From the NCBI GenBank assembly GCA_051746405.1, contig JBNJFB010000002.1, forward strand, positions 17,082 through 81,081: 64,000 nt of DNA. The letters are read 5' to 3'. Position numbers and translations under genes: made by a program. The stretch comes from Campylobacterota bacterium (GTDB taxonomy: Bacteria > Campylobacterota > Campylobacteria > Campylobacterales > Arcobacteraceae). The notes beneath the pieces are model-generated. The model was not told where the DNA came from. It was given only the letters and a program-made list of their open reading frames with translations, and did no database searches. Below, piece by piece: positions 59,664-64,000 of this stretch (its first letter is position 1; each line of letters starts with the position of its first letter).

Positions 59664-59680
59664 TATATTTTTTATTTTAA
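59664..59680. repeat. 17-bp direct repeat, left copy
   Basis: TATATTTTTTATTTTAA, identical to 61543-61559. Confidence 0.5.
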
Positions 59681-59836
59681 AATATCTTTAATCATTTGGG
59701 ATAATTCATCTTTATTTATCTTTGTTTCATATCTTACATTGATGCCTTTTTCTTGAAGTGTTCTAAAAAAAGCTTCAGCACTTTTTATCTGTAGTTTCTC
59801 TTTTGTACTTATATCACTTTTCTTATCATATCCTTT
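59672..59836 (-). pseudogene. 3' remnant of a type III restriction endonuclease (Res) gene
   Basis: Start-less open frame KGYDKKSDISTKEKLQIKSAEAFFRTLQEKGINVRYETKINKDELSQMIKDILK* resembles the Res C-terminus following the ETKG motif. Confidence 0.6.
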
Positions 59837-59846
59837 ATTTTTAATA

Positions 59847-60869
59847 TTACTTCTTCTCTTCTATGATTTTTGCTGTATTTTCAAGCACTTTTATACTCTC
59901 TTCTAACCCTTGCTCTTCTCTTTTTTCTCTTCTTTGAGATGCAAACTTTTTATACTCTTCTTTAGCTTTTGTATCTGCTTCTTTTTTTGAAATCTCACCA
60001 AAGTTTTGTAAAACGTCTCTTTCATTAAACTCTAAAAATGCATCTAGCTTTTTTTCCCAATCTTTTAAAAACACTTGCTGCTTTCTTTTGGCTTGATCTT
60101 CTGCATAATCTAACCACATCACGACTATACGATTAAGCTCATCTATCTCTTGTTCACTCAAGTAGTTTTTAGCTACTGTTACATCTGTGCTTTTTATACT
60201 GTTTGTATCAAGCGTTGTGATCCCCATATTTACTCTACTAGCATCTGCTCTTTGAGAGATGATCTCAGCTGCAGTAAGTTTAGTCACTGCAAAATGAAGC
60301 TTATTTTGTATGTGTTGAAAGAACCGTGTAGTCTCACTCCAAGATGGATCATAATCACTTGCTAACGCAAATATCTCTTTGACTCTTAAATATACTCTTC
60401 GCTCACTCGCTCGTATATCACGGATACGCTCTATCATCTGCTCAAAATAATCAGGTACTTTAGAGTTTGCTACAGGAGGATTTTTGAGCCTCTCATCATC
60501 CATAGCAAAACCTTTAACTATATACTCTTTGAGTATTTGGTTTGCCCATTTCCTAAACTGTACACCGCTTCTGCTTCGCACTTTAAATCCTAAGGCTATA
60601 ATCACATCAAGGTTATAATACTCTACATCATAGTTTTTACCGTCACTGGCAGTTGTTCGGTAATTCCGAACAACTGAATTTTTATTTAACTCTTCATCTT
60701 TAAAAATAGCTGTAATATGCTCACTAATAGTTGATTTTGACTTTCCAAAAAGCTCACAAAGTTGCTTTTGAGACAGCCACAAAGTTTCATTTTCTAGCTT
60801 TACTTCTAGTTTAGTAGTGCCATCTTCACTTGAATAGATGATAATATTTGAGCTTTCATTAACCATCAT
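59847..60869 (-). CDS. rhuM: RhuM-family protein
   Basis: LWLSQKQLCELF, YNLDVIIALGFKVRS...FRKWA, KGFAMDDERLK, IRDIRASER and AKNYL. Confidence 0.92.
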   Translation of the reverse strand: MMVNESSNIIIYSSEDGTTKLEVKLENETLWLSQKQLCELFGKSKSTISEHITAIFKDEELNKNSVVRNYRTTASDGKNYDVEYYNLDVIIALGFKVRSRSGVQFRKWANQILKEYIVKGFAMDDERLKNPPVANSKVPDYFEQMIERIRDIRASERRVYLRVKEIFALASDYDPSWSETTRFFQHIQNKLHFAVTKLTAAEIISQRADASRVNMGITTLDTNSIKSTDVTVAKNYLSEQEIDELNRIVVMWLDYAEDQAKRKQQVFLKDWEKKLDAFLEFNERDVLQNFGEISKKEADTKAKEEYKKFASQRREKREEQGLEESIKVLENTAKIIEEKK

Positions 60870-61068
60870 TTTTGAATTCTTTATTTTTTTGTGCTATACT
60901 CATTTTACGAATTCCTTTGGGACTCTCTCCAATTTTTTGGGGTGTTACTTCATTTGGCTTTATCACTTCACTTAAATTTTTATATAAAATATCAAAATCT
61001 TTTTTTGTAATAATCTTTTTTTTCTTTTCATTCCAGATATCTAAAAAATTCAAGATAGTCTCTATCAT
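60859..61068 (-). CDS. Hypothetical protein or gene fragment
   Basis: 69-aa ORF tightly coupled to both neighbours inside the islet. Confidence 0.45.
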   Translation of the reverse strand: MIETILNFLDIWNEKKKKIITKKDFDILYKNLSEVIKPNEVTPQKIGESPKGIRKMSIAQKNKEFKNDG

Positions 61069-61072
61069 ATCA

Positions 61073-61441
61073 CTAACCTCTAAACCTTAACTTATCACTC
61101 TTAATACCATGTTTACTTATATTGCTTTCTATCTCAAGTGTAAACTTATCGTTGCTTATGTTTGGACTATAAACAGTAATGTACTCACACTCTTTATAAT
61201 TTTGTAATGCATCTACCAACTCATCAGATGTGATCTCACCTAGCACAAATGCTACATAATTAGCTAAATAAAGCTTATCAGATATTAGTTCACTATATTT
61301 AATACTAAGTGGTAAAATTTCTTCTACAAAAAGGTTGTAAAGTATCTCTTCATTTAACTCTATGGTTTTGTTTTCACTAAACGCCAGCAAATCCTCTTGA
61401 CTAATCTCTTCTAAACTTTTTTGGTAGATCTTTTGTTTCAT
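61073..61441 (-). pseudogene. Probable 3' fragment of a type III methyltransferase (Mod) gene
   Basis: EEILYNLFVEEILPLSIKY...YITVY...SND resembles Mod C-terminal domains. No DPPY or FxGxG motif, and the ATG has no clear RBS. Confidence 0.45.
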
Positions 61442-61542
61442 TTTTTTGAAAATTCTCTGCTATTTATAGCATTTTTAAAGTTCTTCAAATTTTTACCATT
61501 AGTATTATGGATTTTATTTTGAGCTTTTTATCACAGCCTCTA

Positions 61543-61559
61543 TATATTTTTTATTTTAA
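61543..61559. repeat. 17-bp direct repeat, right copy
   Basis: TATATTTTTTATTTTAA, identical to 59664-59680. Confidence 0.5.
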
Positions 61560-61696
61560 CAAAAACTCTATTCTAAAAAGCTTTAACTATAATTTTAGAT
61601 ATTATATATAAATCTACTCTATCTCTTTGATATATATTCACAAAAGCTAAATATGTTAAAATCCACTTTTAAAACATAAATAAAGAAGGTGATTTT

Positions 61697-62104
61697 TTGT
61701 CTATATATGCTTTACAGTCCTTAGCTGGTGGATTTCTTGATGAGGATTTAGAACATTTTAATAAGTACTTTGATGATTGGTGTATTGGGTTTGACAGTTA
61801 TGAAGATGCAAAACTTATAGTTGAAACACTTGATAATGAAGAGGCTATTGATATTGTTGAGATTACGCCATTGACTTACCCTAAGTATTTTTTCAACTCT
61901 TTACAAGGTACTATTCACGCAACAAGGCAGATTGATGATCAAATTGTGTGTGTTGTAGAACCAACAATGGGTGCTAGCTTTAGAATTGCGATTTGCGATT
62001 TAAAAACAAAACATGTAAGACTTACAAATACACGTTATAAAAACATTCCAAATGTGGAAAATGCGTTTGCTAACTTTAAAGAAGAGATGAACAACCTATT
62101 TTAA
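61697..62104 (+). CDS. Hypothetical protein
   Basis: 135 aa; AAGG RBS before TTG, upstream TGTTAAAAT -10-like box. Confidence 0.75.
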   Translation: MSIYALQSLAGGFLDEDLEHFNKYFDDWCIGFDSYEDAKLIVETLDNEEAIDIVEITPLTYPKYFFNSLQGTIHATRQIDDQIVCVVEPTMGASFRIAICDLKTKHVRLTNTRYKNIPNVENAFANFKEEMNNLF

Positions 62105-62113
62105 AGGTATAAA

Positions 62114-62806
62114 ATGCACTATGTAAAAAAAGATATTTCCAATATCGCAAATAAGATGTATAAATCAGTTTTTCGTATTGATTTTGATAAACCTGGATTT
62201 TATTTAGTAGATTTAGGAAGAGGTATGACTTCAAGTAAGTTTAGAAAACTAATGGTTTCTATAAAAGAGGAGTTATCAAAAATTCATATTTCAAAATATA
62301 AAAAAACACTTATATATCTTAGTGCAGGACGATTTGACCAACAAGAATCTACAAAACCACATCTTGATGGAGGTCCTGAAGAATCCATTTTGATGTTAGG
62401 TTATGAGCCTAGTTGTGTTGATTCTATCATAGAAATTGCAGATTATACTAAGTGTGCTTATGAGTTAGGAATAACACCTGATAAGTTTATGCAAGAATAT
62501 AATCCCATGTTTGAATTCAATAAAAATATTTTACAACCCTACAATCAAGAGATTAAAAGCTTTAATAAAAATAATTATCAAATCCTATGCATAAACAACT
62601 CATCAGCTCCTTATATAACTAATAAAGCTTATTGGCAAGGTGTACTTCATACAGCAACTATAATAAATAGTGATTCTTTAAAACAACGTATTATAAACTC
62701 TACTATGTTTACAAGTGCCTCTTTAAAAACACCAAATATAATAAGTGAAGATGAACTAGACCACTTCATAAATACTACAGAAATAAAGCAAAAGATATAC
62801 TCTTAA
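62114..62806 (+). CDS. Hypothetical protein, possible Fe(II)/2-oxoglutarate oxygenase fold
   Basis: PHLDGG...GVLH...R pattern; AAGG RBS. Confidence 0.55.
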   Translation: MHYVKKDISNIANKMYKSVFRIDFDKPGFYLVDLGRGMTSSKFRKLMVSIKEELSKIHISKYKKTLIYLSAGRFDQQESTKPHLDGGPEESILMLGYEPSCVDSIIEIADYTKCAYELGITPDKFMQEYNPMFEFNKNILQPYNQEIKSFNKNNYQILCINNSSAPYITNKAYWQGVLHTATIINSDSLKQRIINSTMFTSASLKTPNIISEDELDHFINTTEIKQKIYS

Positions 62807-62841
62807 CTTATAATTAATATTTTTCAGTTACCACTACATTA

Positions 62842-64000
62842 TTATGAGGAACAACTCACGTGAGATACACCTGCTATATCAAAAAGTTCAGCAGGCTTTA
62901 GTCTATAATACTTATCTTCTATCTTCTTTGATTGCTCCTCATAAGGATTTATCATAACCTCTTGAAGCTCATGAATCAAACTATAGTCATCTTCATTTGC
63001 TTTTTCATAAGCTGGTACTAAAAACCACTCTCTTAAAGTATACTTTGGATTAATAGCTTTCATTAAAGCACTTAATTCCTCTCTTGGTTTATCTAAAATT
63101 AGCGTATTCCACTTATCTAACCACTTCCGCCATCTATTTACTAAATCTTGCCTTTTGTAAATATCTTGATAAAAACTTCTTGTAAGTATTTTTATATCTT
63201 GTGGAATTGATGACAACTCTCGGAAAAATATTGTATAGTCTACTTTTGTTTCAATCATAAGTACCATAAGCTCTTCAAATAAAGCTTCATCAAACTTTTT
63301 TAAACCTAGTTTTTTAGCCCACATCTCTTCCATACTTTTTTGCATAGCTTTACTAAAACCATCTTTTATCTCATCTAACTGTTCAAGTGCTTCCTTATCT
63401 TCTTCAACTAAAGGCTTTAGTGCTGTATAAAACATCTTAAAGTTCTGTCTAGCTGCTTGTGGTTGATTGAAAAATGAAAAATGTACTCCACCACCTGTCC
63501 AAGGCTGATATCTTGGATGAAACTCATCAATAAACCCAAAAGGTCCATAATCAAGAGTATATCCACCAACTGCACAATTATCACTATTGAAATTACCTTG
63601 ACAATACCCTACTTTAATCCAATTGGTTACAAGTGATATTAATCTACTTCTAAACTCTTTGGCAAATAGTATTATCTTCTCTTCTAGCTTTAAATTTTTA
63701 TCTATCTTAGGGTATTCTCTACTAATTGCGTGTAAAACTATCTGTTCTAACTCCTCTTTTGCTTTTGGATGTTCTTCTTTTCTTGCTCTTCTACCAAATA
63801 GCTCTAATTGACCTACTCTTAAAAATGAAGGAGCCACTCTTGTTGAGATAGCGACTTTCTCTTCTATCATAACTTCAGGGTCTTTTGAGTAAGAACCTTG
63901 CATAAACCAAGGTCTTGTAACAGTTTCACTTTTTGAAGTGTAAAGAGTCAATGACCTTGATGTGGGAACTCCTAGTGCGTGCATATGCTCTTGTGCTAAA
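62842..64000 (-). CDS. selO: SelO/YdiU-family protein adenylyltransferase; start lies beyond the right edge
   Basis: [35 protein letters not shown] and C-terminal SCSS. Confidence 0.93.
   Translation of the reverse strand, partial: LAQEHMHALGVPTSRSLTLYTSKSETVTRPWFMQGSYSKDPEVMIEEKVAISTRVAPSFLRVGQLELFGRRARKEEHPKAKEELEQIVLHAISREYPKIDKNLKLEEKIILFAKEFRSRLISLVTNWIKVGYCQGNFNSDNCAVGGYTLDYGPFGFIDEFHPRYQPWTGGGVHFSFFNQPQAARQNFKMFYTALKPLVEEDKEALEQLDEIKDGFSKAMQKSMEEMWAKKLGLKKFDEALFEELMVLMIETKVDYTIFFRELSSIPQDIKILTRSFYQDIYKRQDLVNRWRKWLDKWNTLILDKPREELSALMKAINPKYTLREWFLVPAYEKANEDDYSLIHELQEVMINPYEEQSKKIEDKYYRLKPAELFDIAGVSHVSCSS

Noticed and set aside
61585..61596. AACTATAATTTT, a partial match to the dif core
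   Set aside because: It lacks the TTGAAAA/TTTTCAA arms and is more simply a TATAAT -10 box.
62842..62860. Selenocysteine in SelO
   Set aside because: The C-terminus is SCSS followed by TAA; there is no in-frame TGA.
1..64000. CRISPR array, rRNA, tRNA, IS element or prophage
   Set aside because: No spaced repeats, cloverleafs, transposase or phage structural genes seen; intergenic gaps are short and mostly explained.

Overview
This is AT-rich chromosomal backbone from a Campylobacterota bacterium, most consistent with Arcobacteraceae (hobA, xerH, mqnC, second gltX, cheY-A-R-D-B cluster, 6S RNA upstream of purD). It is mostly housekeeping operons on the minus strand. I saw no rRNA, tRNA, CRISPR array, intact IS or prophage. 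Features beyond the ORF track: (1) a difH-type chromosome dimer resolution site directly upstream of xerH, overlapping its likely promoter; (2) a 6S RNA between hemD and purD; (3) an intact GluRS paralog whose HIGH, RGEDH and KMSK motifs are all degraded, a likely pseudoenzyme; (4) a decayed type III R-M-like islet (mod 3' fragment, small ORF, rhuM, res 3' fragment) bounded by a 17-bp direct repeat; (5) two genes that appear to start at non-canonical ATC/ATA codons (ftsK and an unlisted 105-aa HTH ORF); (6) a structured leader ahead of the chemotaxis operon, a 30-bp palindrome in a divergent promoter, and acidic GFFD repeats in the CheA linker. All family calls come from motif recognition by eye; no searches were run.
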